A stretch of 64,000 bases of DNA from a bacterium (GTDB taxonomy: Bacteria > UBA8248). Both the position numbers and the translations under genes were made by a program. The stretch is taken from positions 1,642,609-1,706,608 of the forward strand of contig OZ241875.1 of assembly GCA_965203325.1 (NCBI GenBank), written 5' to 3'. The number at the start of each line of letters is the position of its first letter. Position 1 is the first letter of the stretch. Below, piece by piece: positions 22,438 through 34,294 of the stretch. The notes below the pieces were generated by a model. The model saw only the letters and a program-made list of their open reading frames with translations. It was not told the DNA's origin and ran no database searches.

Positions 22438-23574
22438 ATTAACGAATCCCATCAAGACCCCGAATTCCTGAACGACCTCGGAATCCGCCGCGTCATCAGC
22501 GCGCGCACCCGCCAGACCGTCTTCGGCGGCTCGAAAATGAGGCCGGAAGTCTGGACCGCCATGCAGGAGGCGAACGCCGCCCAGGTGGACATGAACGAGT
22601 TGCACGCCAAGGCGGGCACGCGCATCGCCGGGATGACGCAGAACGAGGCGGCCTACGTCACGAGCGGCTCCGCCGCGGGCCTCGTGCTGTGCGCGGCCGC
22701 GTGCGTCACGGGCGGGAACCCGGCCCTCATGGACAGGCTCCCCTTCACCGACGGTCTCAAGAACGAAATCGTGATCCACCGCTTCCAGCGAAACCACTAC
22801 GACATCAACATCCGCCAGGCGGGGGCGCGGCTCGTGGAGATCGGCTCGCACCGCCAGACCCACCCCTGGGAGTTAGAGGAGGCCATCGGCGAGAAGACGG
22901 CGGGCGTCTTCTATTTCCCGGGCCGCTACGCGGGCGGAAACATCCTGAAGCTCAAGACCATCATCGAGATCGCGCACGGCAAGAACGTCCCTGTAATCGT
23001 GGACGCCGCGTCGCAGCTTCCGCCGTCCGCCAATCTCTGGCGCTACACCAAGGAGATGGGGGCCGACGCCGCCATCTTCAGCGGGGGAAAGAGCATCGGC
23101 GGGTCGCAGAACACGGGAATCATCCTGGGCAAAAAGGAGCTCATCGAGGCCTGCGCCATGATGGGAAGCCCCAGGTATTCGGTCGGCCGGCCCATGAAGG
23201 CGGGGCGCGACGACATCGTGGGCCTGGTCTGCGCACTCGAACATTACCTGGACGAGGGCGAGGCCGAACAGTACGCCCACAACGAGCGGTGGTGCGAGTT
23301 CTTCATGGAGCGCACAGCCGGGATGAAGGGACTCTCGCCCCGCGTGAGGCGCCCCAATTCCCTGGGACAGGATTTGCCCGAAGTCGTGATCGAAATTGAT
23401 GAGGATGCGCTCGGGAAATCGCGAGATGAGGTCGCCGATGCGCTATGGGAGTGCGAAGTAAGAGTGCAGGTCGGCATATCGGGCGAGTCGGGAATCTTCA
23501 TCTCCCCCGACCCGCTGACGGATGAAGACGCGGAATACCTGTGGGCGAGGTTTCAGGAGGTTGTGTCATCGTAG
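22438..23574 (+). CDS. SelA-like PLP-dependent enzyme (DgaE/D-glucosaminate ammonia-lyase family); probable ATT start
   Basis: LGIRRVISA..T.FGGS N-terminus lies upstream of the first ATG; VTSGSAAGL, VIVDAA, FSGGK (PLP Lys), GRPMK. Confidence 0.8.
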   Translation: MNESHQDPEFLNDLGIRRVISARTRQTVFGGSKMRPEVWTAMQEANAAQVDMNELHAKAGTRIAGMTQNEAAYVTSGSAAGLVLCAAACVTGGNPALMDRLPFTDGLKNEIVIHRFQRNHYDINIRQAGARLVEIGSHRQTHPWELEEAIGEKTAGVFYFPGRYAGGNILKLKTIIEIAHGKNVPVIVDAASQLPPSANLWRYTKEMGADAAIFSGGKSIGGSQNTGIILGKKELIEACAMMGSPRYSVGRPMKAGRDDIVGLVCALEHYLDEGEAEQYAHNERWCEFFMERTAGMKGLSPRVRRPNSLGQDLPEVVIEIDEDALGKSRDEVADALWECEVRVQVGISGESGIFISPDPLTDEDAEYLWARFQEVVSS

Positions 23575-24093
23575 GGACAACCCCCCGTGGTTGTCCTTCG
23601 CCAGGACAGGCACAGGGGCCTGTCCCTACAAAACTATTACATCGTCATTCCGGCGAATGCCGGAACGACGGAAAAAGACAAAGAACATTCCTCTCATTCG
23701 GGGGCTGTTGAAAAAGCCATTCCACAAATAGGAAATAAATTTCTCATTCAACATAGGCCTATGAAATCAACTCCCCCCTTGAGGGTCTGGCTTCCCGAGG
23801 GGAAAGCCAGACGATGAAGCCGAGCGATTTGTGCGAAGGCTGAATCGGTGGGGGGATATGCTACAGAAAAAAACTCCCCCCACCGGTTCGGTTTCGGGCA
23901 AAAACCCCCTCACCTCACCGACTCCCCCTCAAGGGGGGAGTTGATTTGAAACTCTCTTTGATGGAAAGAGCGCCGTAGTTGAAGTACGCCGGGTTTTTCG
24001 ACAACACCTTGAGGGGGAAGTGTTCTTATCACATCCGTAGGGACAACCCCCCGTGGTTGTCCTTCGCCAGGACAGGTCGCGACCTGTCCCTAC
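23571..24093. repeat. Intergenic repeat cluster: REPINs (23571-23629, 24037-24093), dRS3-like palindrome (23644-23669), IS-end-like shell (23701-24008)
   Basis: GTAGGGACAACC...; GTCATTCCGGCGAATGCCGGAA; GGGGCTGTTGAAAAAGCC ... GGGTTTTTCGACAACACC with nested aaatcaactcccccttgagg IR. Confidence 0.8.
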
Positions 24094-24116
24094 GAGACCA
24101 TCAAAGCCCCCCGTCC

Positions 24117-26825
<2,709 letters not shown>

Positions 26826-27061
26826 CTTTCACCTCTCTCGGACGGGAAATCCGCCTCCCGCAACATCCACCGGGAAAACGGCCCCCATCCCGTCAAGCGC
26901 TCCTTGCGTCCGAAACCGGCCAAAGAGGCGACTTCAGATAAAAAGCTATAACCGATTGAATCATATTGTGTTAAAGAAATACCGACTTTCAACTAAAGAG
27001 ATAATACCACAGATGGGCGCAAAGAACGAGGGTGAGCCAAAACCCGCGCCCGGAAGCGTTC

Positions 27062-27487
27062 TCAGGCTTCTTTGACGACCATGTAGGTGGCCGAAGCGAA
27101 GCAGACGAGCTTTTCGGCATCGTCGAGAAGACGGATCTCCCAAACGGAAGTCTTGTGCCCCAGATGCAGGGCCTTCGCCTCGCCGATGAGGGTTCCTTCC
27201 TTCACGGGACGGACGAAATTCACCTTCATCTCCACCGTCACCACCTCGGTCCCGACCGGGTAGCTCACGTAGCTGCCCACGCCGCCGACGGTGTCGGCGA
27301 GTGAGGCCAGCGCGCCGCCGTGGACGATCCCGAAAGGCTGATACAGCTTCGGCGCCACGGGCATCGCCACGCGGGCGAAACCCTCTTCGGCTTCCAGGAC
27401 TTCAAAACCCAGAAGGTCGTTGAAGTTCCCCTGCCAGCGGGCCTGGAACACCCGCTCGACTTCTTCCCTCGTCCATGAGCGGCTCAT
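27062..27487 (-). CDS. PaaI family thioesterase
   Basis: QPFGIVHGGALASLADT, VEMKVNFVRP. Confidence 0.88.
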   Translation of the reverse strand: MSRSWTREEVERVFQARWQGNFNDLLGFEVLEAEEGFARVAMPVAPKLYQPFGIVHGGALASLADTVGGVGSYVSYPVGTEVVTVEMKVNFVRPVKEGTLIGEAKALHLGHKTSVWEIRLLDDAEKLVCFASATYMVVKEA

Positions 27488-27554
27488 TTTCATCCTTTCG
27501 AACGCACATCCCCGCGTGAAAGTCATGCGCGTGAGAGGCGGTGCGGTTTTGTTC

Positions 27555-27681
27555 GTCATTCCGGCGCATGCCGGAATCCAGGGAATTTGTCTTTCTGCCT
27601 TTCGCCTTCATTCACGCTCAAACCAAGACCGGGATATATCCACACCAATCGGCTCTGGATTCCGGCATGCGCCGGAATGAC
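27555..27681. repeat. Inverted doublet of the 26-bp dRS3-like palindrome
   Basis: GTCATTCCGGCGCATGCCGGAATCCA ... TGGATTCCGGCATGCGCCGGAATGAC. Confidence 0.85.
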
Positions 27682-27800
27682 GGCAGTGGTAAATTCCGAG
27701 CGAGGAGGAATTATTCAACAACCCCTTCGGCTCGATCCCCAACGTCATATATTTGGGCCATACCCATGAAAACAGACGAAACGATGCTCCCGAAGGCCGA

Positions 27801-28115
27801 CTAGCCGAAGATCTGCGTCGGGACGCGGCCCCACTCGGCGGGGTCGGTGAGGATGTCGTCGCCCTCGCCCTCGTAGGAGAAGAACAGGAGTTCGGTCTCG
27901 GTCTTCCTGCCCTTCTTTTCCAGGCGGCGCACCGTGATTGTCGGCACGTGGACGCCGAGTTCGAAGTTTTTCGCGTGGCTCACCGAGACGCTCGCCCCGA
28001 ACTTGGCGGCGCAGCCTTCGAGTTGTTCCCGCGTCGTCTTCACCCGTCCGTCCGCGAGGATTTCCCCGCCGAAATTCTCCGTGAGGTCGACCACAAAAAT
28101 TTCTGGCTCCAGCAT
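27801..28115 (-). CDS. Hypothetical protein
   Basis: 104-aa ORF with SD aagggag and host-like codon use. Confidence 0.65.
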   Translation of the reverse strand: MLEPEIFVVDLTENFGGEILADGRVKTTREQLEGCAAKFGASVSVSHAKNFELGVHVPTITVRRLEKKGRKTETELLFFSYEGEGDDILTDPAEWGRVPTQIFG

Positions 28116-28353
28116 GATGGCGCATTCTCCCTTGAAACGTGATGAAAGGAATCCCCTGTCAGGGGCCTGCGAAAGCGCGGAGTCTAGCAGAAAGGGGACG
28201 GGGTGAGAAAGGGGGCGGGGGTTCGCCCGATGAAAAAATCCGTTATATCGCTATCCGGGAATGAAACGTTCGGGTCGTTTCACCCGCAACCGCTTGGTTT
28301 CTCCGCATCCGCAAGGACAGGTCGCGACCTGTCCCTACCAAAAGCTCAGATTC

Positions 28354-28575
28354 TCACTCGCCGCCTGTCCTCGAACCTTTGGGAACCGCCTTGCCGGCGT
28401 AGATGAGCCGCCTCCCGTCCGCAATAGGCCGGTACTCGGCCATCGCGCCCTCATAGTAGAGCGCGTAGATTCCCGCTCCCTGGACTCCCGCGAGACCGTC
28501 TAATGGTATTCGCTCTTGTGTTTCAAAGTGCGCGACGGTACCTGCCATGAGATTGTCGTAGGTAAGCGGGTCGCA
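28354..28575 (-). pseudogene. Fragment of an Eco29kI-family (GIY-YIG) restriction endonuclease
   Basis: DPLTYDNL...GAGIYALYY...IYAGKAVPKG matches the Eco29kI N-terminal motifs; the frame stops just before a REP at 28315-28338. Confidence 0.7.
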
Positions 28576-28585
28576 TCTAACCCCC

Positions 28586-29356
28586 CTACCAGTCCCAGAA
28601 CAGCGTATACGCCCTGCCGGTGACGGGCCCGGTTTCGCGCCATTCCAGGCGGGTCTGGCCGGTTTCGTTCAAGAGGCGGGGATAGACGCGGCGCTTGTTG
28701 AAGCTGTTCGACGCCCCCTGGGACTCCTCGCGCCGCGCGCCCACCAGCTTGCGGCCGGGGGGGATGAGCACCTCCAGGTGAAATTCATCGGTGGGGTATT
28801 CCACCACGAGAGTGACCCACTCGTTTCGCGTCGTGAACGAATCGTGCAGAACGATCTCGTGGCGAAGCTCGAAGCGCGCGCCCGCGCGAATCGGCTCGGG
28901 CAGGGGCAAATGCGCGGAATAATCCGCACCCGCGCCCTTTTCTATCCGGTATTCCAGGGGCGTCCAGGGGACTTCGGCGGCGCCATTTCCGGCAAGACGG
29001 TAGGAATAGGCCACCTCCCTGTCGCCGCTGCCGGTGTGATAGCGCGTCCTCACCCGGGGCAACTCCCGCCGGGCCACGCAGCGCCGCACGCTCTCCATGC
29101 GCGCGGTGCGGCCTTCGACGTCTCCTATCGTATACAAGCGGGAGTGGAGGAGGACATGGTAGTCGTACTCGTCCTCCTCGCCGCTACCCGCCGCGGAAGC
29201 GGATTCTGCGGAGCGGATTCGTTCTTCCAGACGCCGGACGCGCGCTTCGAGCGCATCCAGTTTATCCGAGAGTTCTTCCTGGCTCTTGAGAATCGAAGAG
29301 ATGCCGCTGGAGAGCTCTTTGAGGAGGTCTGCCGTTTCCGGACTTTCATCCGCCAT
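28586..29356 (-). CDS. Hypothetical protein: N-terminal coiled coil plus beta-rich C-terminal domain
   Basis: LSDKLDALEARVRRLEERI heptads; ends P..GRAYTLFWDW; start uncertain. Confidence 0.65.
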   Translation of the reverse strand: MADESPETADLLKELSSGISSILKSQEELSDKLDALEARVRRLEERIRSAESASAAGSGEEDEYDYHVLLHSRLYTIGDVEGRTARMESVRRCVARRELPRVRTRYHTGSGDREVAYSYRLAGNGAAEVPWTPLEYRIEKGAGADYSAHLPLPEPIRAGARFELRHEIVLHDSFTTRNEWVTLVVEYPTDEFHLEVLIPPGRKLVGARREESQGASNSFNKRRVYPRLLNETGQTRLEWRETGPVTGRAYTLFWDW

Positions 29357-29571
29357 ATCGGTGCATCCATCGTGCTGCATTGTGTCGCGCATTAACCCGC
29401 ATTTGCCGTGTATGTGTCTCCCTAGGGGAGAGGTATACCAACATACCGGGCGCACGGGCAAGGGGCGCTTCCCGCACCTCGTTCTCCCGAAAAACAATTC
29501 TGAAAAATAAGATAAATACCGGCAAATTCAGGAGGTTTTCCGATAAATTCCTGAAAGCTCAAGCCATTGTT

Positions 29572-30726
29572 TTATATGGAGTTGAATTGTTTCAAGGCGC
29601 TTTGGCCAGACAAGCGGCGCGCGTCGGCCAACTGTCCGCACGCCGCGAGAATGTCGCTCCCCTTGGCCGTGCGCGTGGTGGCCACCACGCCCGCCGCCAG
29701 GAGGATGCGGCGGAATTCATCGACGCGCCCCTCATCGGGCCGCTCGAAGGGAGTTCCCGGGAACGGATTCCAGGGGATGAGATTCACCTTGCATTTCAGC
29801 CCCTCCAGGAGTTTTGAGAGCTTCTTCGCGTCCTGCCCAGAGTCATTCACCTCCCGGAGCATGACGTATTCAAAGGTGATGCGGCGGCGCTCGCCCATCG
29901 GCAACTCCCGGCATTCATCGAGCAGCGCCCCCAGATTCCACTTGCGGTTCACCGGCACGAGTTTCGCTCTGGTTTCATCGTCCGCCGCATGCAGCGATAC
30001 GGCCAGACCCACGCCCGGAACGGCGGAGACGAAACGTTTCAGCTTCGAGACGACCCCCACCGTCGATACGGTAAGCCTCCTGGGGCTGACGCCGTTCGCC
30101 TGCGGGTGCGTGAGAATCTTCACGGCCTTTACGGTGGCGTCGAAATTATCGAGCGGCTCCCCCATTCCCATGAACACGACGTTGTGCAAACGCTCCCCCG
30201 GGGCGAGGAGGCTTCGCGCGGCGAGGAACTGACCGACGATCTCACCGGCCGTCAACTGCCTGACGAAACCCATCTTCGCCGTCAGACAAAATGCGCACCC
30301 CATCGCGCATCCGACCTGCGTGGAGACGCAAAGAGACCACCGCATGACGCCGTTTACGTTTCGCATGGGTATCCGGACGCTCTCGACCCGCGCGCCGTCA
30401 CGAAGCCGCCACAAGTATTTTTCCGTGCCGTCCGCGCTTTTGCTCTCCCGGTCGAGTTCGAGAGTCTCCAGGCGAGCCGCTTCCGCAAGCTTCGCCCGAA
30501 AACCCTTGGGGATGTTCGTCATCTGGGAAAATTCGCTCACCCCGTGAGCATACAGCCATGAGAATATCTGCCGGCCCCTGTAGGGGGGTTCCCCCATCTC
30601 CCCGCAAAAAGAAACGAGCTCCTCCTCATCCATGCCGAGGAGCCCGACAGGCCGAGAGGACAGCGACCGCTCCAGCCGGCCGGTTGCGATTTTTGATTTC
30701 ACGTCCTGTTCCATAGATGGACTCAT
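29572..30726 (-). CDS. rlmN: 23S rRNA m2A2503 / tRNA radical SAM methyltransferase
   Basis: CVSTQVGCAMGCAFC, MGMGEPL, SLHA, FEYVM, NLIPWN, AACGQL. Confidence 0.95.
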   Translation of the reverse strand: MSPSMEQDVKSKIATGRLERSLSSRPVGLLGMDEEELVSFCGEMGEPPYRGRQIFSWLYAHGVSEFSQMTNIPKGFRAKLAEAARLETLELDRESKSADGTEKYLWRLRDGARVESVRIPMRNVNGVMRWSLCVSTQVGCAMGCAFCLTAKMGFVRQLTAGEIVGQFLAARSLLAPGERLHNVVFMGMGEPLDNFDATVKAVKILTHPQANGVSPRRLTVSTVGVVSKLKRFVSAVPGVGLAVSLHAADDETRAKLVPVNRKWNLGALLDECRELPMGERRRITFEYVMLREVNDSGQDAKKLSKLLEGLKCKVNLIPWNPFPGTPFERPDEGRVDEFRRILLAAGVVATTRTAKGSDILAACGQLADARRLSGQSALKQFNSI

Positions 30727-30802
30727 GGTGTTATCGTTTGCCGATTTCGTTTCCGGCTTGAATCATAACATGGTTGTCCATAACCGGATGGAAAGCACTC
30801 AT

Positions 30803-31438
30803 ATGAGCATACGCGCGCTTCTTTTAGACCACGACGGCACGCTTGTCGACAGCTACGACGGCATCGCCAAGTGCATGCGCCTCATGTGCCGTGATCTGGG
30901 CGTGCCCGAAATGAGCGATGCGGAAATTCTCGCATCCATCGGCCCTACACTCGAGGATAGATTCACCCAACTATGGGGCGAAGACATGGCTGAAGAAGCG
31001 GTGCGCATCTACCGCTCCCATTACAAGCTCCATAATGCCGCAGGCACCCATATCATTCCCGGCGTGAAAAAAACACTCGAAACCCTCTCCCGACGAGGTA
31101 TTCAGATGGCCTGCGTTTCGAACAAGGCCTGGTTCTTCTGCAAGGAGCAATTGGCACACGTCGGGCTCTTGCCCTACATGCACGCGGTATTCGGTCACCG
31201 TCAGGGATATGCGCCGAAACCGGCCCCGGAAATGCTGTTCGCCGCCATCGAATCGCTTAACGCGAAACCGGAAGAAGTCGTCATGGTCGGGGATACGACG
31301 ACGGACTTGCAAGCCGCCAGAAACGCATCGATCCCTGCATGGATCATCAAGGGGAAATACTCCCGGCATGATGAGATACTAAAATTAAACCCGGATAAGT
31401 ATCTGGAAAAACTGGAGGACATTCTCGACTTGATATAA
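30803..31438 (+). CDS. HAD family hydrolase (phosphoglycolate phosphatase-like)
   Basis: DHDGTLVDS, SNK, KPAP, MVGDTTTD. Confidence 0.88.
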   Translation: MSIRALLLDHDGTLVDSYDGIAKCMRLMCRDLGVPEMSDAEILASIGPTLEDRFTQLWGEDMAEEAVRIYRSHYKLHNAAGTHIIPGVKKTLETLSRRGIQMACVSNKAWFFCKEQLAHVGLLPYMHAVFGHRQGYAPKPAPEMLFAAIESLNAKPEEVVMVGDTTTDLQAARNASIPAWIIKGKYSRHDEILKLNPDKYLEKLEDILDLI

Positions 31439-31639
31439 TTCACCAATTGCCGCTTGCGCACTCGGTGATGGTTTTCTATCTTTTGTTCAGGGGATAGCGG
31501 CGTACGATGGCGCAACCCAAGTCCGCCCAACTATCGCGATTTCACGCAAGAGTCTGTTCTTGCTCTCTCATCTCGCGGTTTTGTTTGAGTTTGAATGGAA
31601 AGACGCTCCGCCCGAGCCAGTTCCAATACTTTCCCCGGA

Positions 31640-32416
31640 ATGAATCTCATGAACCTCATCATCAGCGTCCTGATCGCCATTTACATTTTATTCCTGATAC
31701 TCGAACTCAAAGATTTGCGCCTCGGGCAAAGTAAATACATGTGGGCGCTTTCGAGACTCCCGCTGGCCGGAATCGCTCTTGCCGCCGTATGGATGCTCCA
31801 TGCGCAGCCGCTTCCCTCCATAACGAAATTGATGCAGTTAAAGAAAATTTCATTCCTCACCCCAAAAATTCATCCCGATGAACAAATGAAGGCGACGAGG
31901 AGTGGAAATTTCACGACAGGAAAACCCGGGATTTTTTGGCACATTCATCATTACGCCAGACTCTATGAGGTCGACCCCCTGTTGGTGCGAGCCGTCATCG
32001 AAGTGGAAAGCAACTTCGATCCAAAGGCCGTTTCTCGAGACGGGGCCAAAGGGCTGATGCAAATCAACCCGATTACCGCCAAACATTTGGGCCTCGACGA
32101 TGTTTTCGACATCGGGGAAAACATCGAGGGCGGCGTGCGTTATCTGCGATATTTACTTGAGCTATACGGCTGGAATTTACATATGACGCTGGCCTCATAC
32201 AATGCGGGGCCCGCCAACATCAAGCGCTATAACGGGATTCCTCCCTTCCGAGAGACGCGCCGGTATATCTCAAGGGTCATCAAAGTATATGAGCGCCTCA
32301 AAAGAACGGATGAAGTCTTCAACGACTCCTCCCGGCTTTCGGCTTTGCTCCGTCCCTCGCCCGACACCGGGGCAAAAACGGATAGGGAGATTCAGCGGCA
32401 AATCACGCAACAGTGA
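31640..32416 (+). CDS. Membrane-anchored lytic transglycosylase (SLT domain)
   Basis: N-terminal hydrophobic segments; VESNF, GAKGLMQI, ASYNAG, ETRRYI. Confidence 0.88.
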   Translation: MNLMNLIISVLIAIYILFLILELKDLRLGQSKYMWALSRLPLAGIALAAVWMLHAQPLPSITKLMQLKKISFLTPKIHPDEQMKATRSGNFTTGKPGIFWHIHHYARLYEVDPLLVRAVIEVESNFDPKAVSRDGAKGLMQINPITAKHLGLDDVFDIGENIEGGVRYLRYLLELYGWNLHMTLASYNAGPANIKRYNGIPPFRETRRYISRVIKVYERLKRTDEVFNDSSRLSALLRPSPDTGAKTDREIQRQITQQ

Positions 32417-32592
32417 GCTTGAACACGAAAGGATTTGCTTCCATTCAGGAAAGTGCAGGGTTTTCTCATCTTATGGCAATGATGCGTCATTCTGGAATCA
32501 CATTGCCAAACCATACGCGGGTTCTATATTTTACAATTCAAAGAAGCCACCCGGCCCCGATATATCAATAGCGCATCGCACCAGGACATAGA

Positions 32593-33333
32593 ATGCCGAC
32601 CAGAGTCGCCTCATCAACCACCCGAAAACGAAAAATCCTGAAACTCACGGATAGGCTATTGTCGCGCTTCGGGAAGCCAAAGCGCACAAAGCGAAGCAAC
32701 CTCCTGGATTCCCTGGTCGAAACCCTGCTCTCACAAAGCACGACCGATCATAACCGCGACATGGCGTTTGATTCCTTGAAAAAAACCTTTGCCAGTTGGG
32801 ATGAAATCGCCGACGCCCCTCAAGAATCTCTCGCCCAGGCAATCCGTTCGGCCGGTCTGGGCAATCAAAAAGCGGGGAGAATACGGGATTTTCTGAGATG
32901 GCTTCGTGAGGACCGAGAGCAACTCTGCCTGGAATTCCTACACCATGAACCGGATGATTTCGCCGTGCGGTATCTTACGCAACACAAAGGCATCGGCGTC
33001 AAAACCGCTTATGTCACCCTGATGCTGGCTTCAAACCGGGATTTGTTCCCCATCGACGTTCACATTCACCGGATCATGATCCGCCTGGGCATCATCTCCG
33101 AGAAAACCACGCCTGAAAAATCTCACGCGGTCCTGGCGCCACTCATTCCAACAGGCCGCGCTCATGAATTGCACATGAACATGCTGCGTTTTGGCCGCAC
33201 CATCTGCACCGCCCGCAATCCCAAGTGCACCGACTGCGACATGAGACGAATGTGCCCCTACTATAAAGACAAGATTCCGGGAAAATCCAAAGGCGGAGAT
33301 GTTCATCTTTCGCAAAAGCAAATCAGCCCATGA
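32593..33333 (+). CDS. nth: Endonuclease III family DNA glycosylase
   Basis: LSQSTTD, HhH GIGVKTA, IDVHIHR, CTARNPKCTDC...C 4Fe-4S motif. Confidence 0.85.
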   Translation: MPTRVASSTTRKRKILKLTDRLLSRFGKPKRTKRSNLLDSLVETLLSQSTTDHNRDMAFDSLKKTFASWDEIADAPQESLAQAIRSAGLGNQKAGRIRDFLRWLREDREQLCLEFLHHEPDDFAVRYLTQHKGIGVKTAYVTLMLASNRDLFPIDVHIHRIMIRLGIISEKTTPEKSHAVLAPLIPTGRAHELHMNMLRFGRTICTARNPKCTDCDMRRMCPYYKDKIPGKSKGGDVHLSQKQISP

Positions 33334-34226
33334 GTTGGATCCACCGGATCGGCCCGGGCGAAATGCTGGCCATCGCTTCTTCCATCACATTCTCGGTAGC
33401 GCAGACTTTTCTCAGACAGGGAATGAGGAGCGTATCTCCCCTTGCCGCCGCCTTGATAGTGAATGGAATCGTAAGCCTGGGCGGCTTCGTCATGTCTCTC
33501 TTGAACGGCACGCTTTTTACTTCGAAGGCAGAAGCCATCTTCTGGTACGCCGCCGTGGGCGCCGCGGGTCCCACCATAGGCAGATATTGCTACCTGGTGG
33601 GCGTCTCCCGTATCGGGCTCAGCCGCTCTGTGCCCATATCCTCGGCGGCCCCGATCTGGGGAACTTTTTTCGCGATCCTGATTTTGGGAGAAACGCCGAC
33701 AACCATGGTCGTACTCGGCACCCTGGGCATCGTCATCGGGGTATCCATTCTCGGGATACAAGACGACAAATCCCAATCTTTCAAAAGCTGGTTCCGGGGA
33801 GCGCTGATATTTCCGCTCGTTGCATCACTGGCCTATGCGATAGCGCCCATCTTCGCCAAACTCGCATATACGCATCAGATGACACCCAGCGTCGGCATGG
33901 CCGTCTCCTTCGCCACAGCCAACTGTTTACTTCTGCTCACGAAACCAATCCTGCCCGGCCAAAATGAGATTCGAGGCAAAAGAAGAGGCCTCCTGTGGGT
34001 GGGAGGCGCAGGCGCCATCGGTATTTGCAGCTCGTTTATGCTTTGGACAGCCTTTACGATGGCGAGCGTTTCCACTGCGCTGCCCCTGAGCCGGATCGCA
34101 CCGATTTGGGTACTGGTTCTGAGCTATTTTTTCCTGGGCAAGCTCGAAACAATCAACCGCAAGACTGTTCTGGCCACGATTTGCGTCGTCACAGGCGGAG
34201 TCCTGATCACCGCTTTCAGGAACTAA
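33330..34226 (+). CDS. DMT/EamA family transporter
   Basis: About 10 hydrophobic helices in two repeats with ILGE / FLGKLE motifs. Confidence 0.85.
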   Translation: MSWIHRIGPGEMLAIASSITFSVAQTFLRQGMRSVSPLAAALIVNGIVSLGGFVMSLLNGTLFTSKAEAIFWYAAVGAAGPTIGRYCYLVGVSRIGLSRSVPISSAAPIWGTFFAILILGETPTTMVVLGTLGIVIGVSILGIQDDKSQSFKSWFRGALIFPLVASLAYAIAPIFAKLAYTHQMTPSVGMAVSFATANCLLLLTKPILPGQNEIRGKRRGLLWVGGAGAIGICSSFMLWTAFTMASVSTALPLSRIAPIWVLVLSYFFLGKLETINRKTVLATICVVTGGVLITAFRN

Positions 34227-34294
34227 CTCTATGGAGAAGAGCAACCCTCCATGCTCACCTCCAATCTTGAATCTCCAGCGTCCAGCGAAAAACC

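Noticed and set aside
22438-23574. True selenocysteine synthase SelA supporting the selenoprotein
   Set aside because: Short (about 380 aa), lacks the SelA N-terminal domain, has FSGGK rather than FSGDK, and no selB is adjacent; it fits the SelA-like/DgaE group
26948-26962. IHF-like site (TAACCGATTGAAT) upstream of acnA, with a similar one near 29560
   Set aside because: Degenerate matches in AT-rich DNA; too weak to call without a scan
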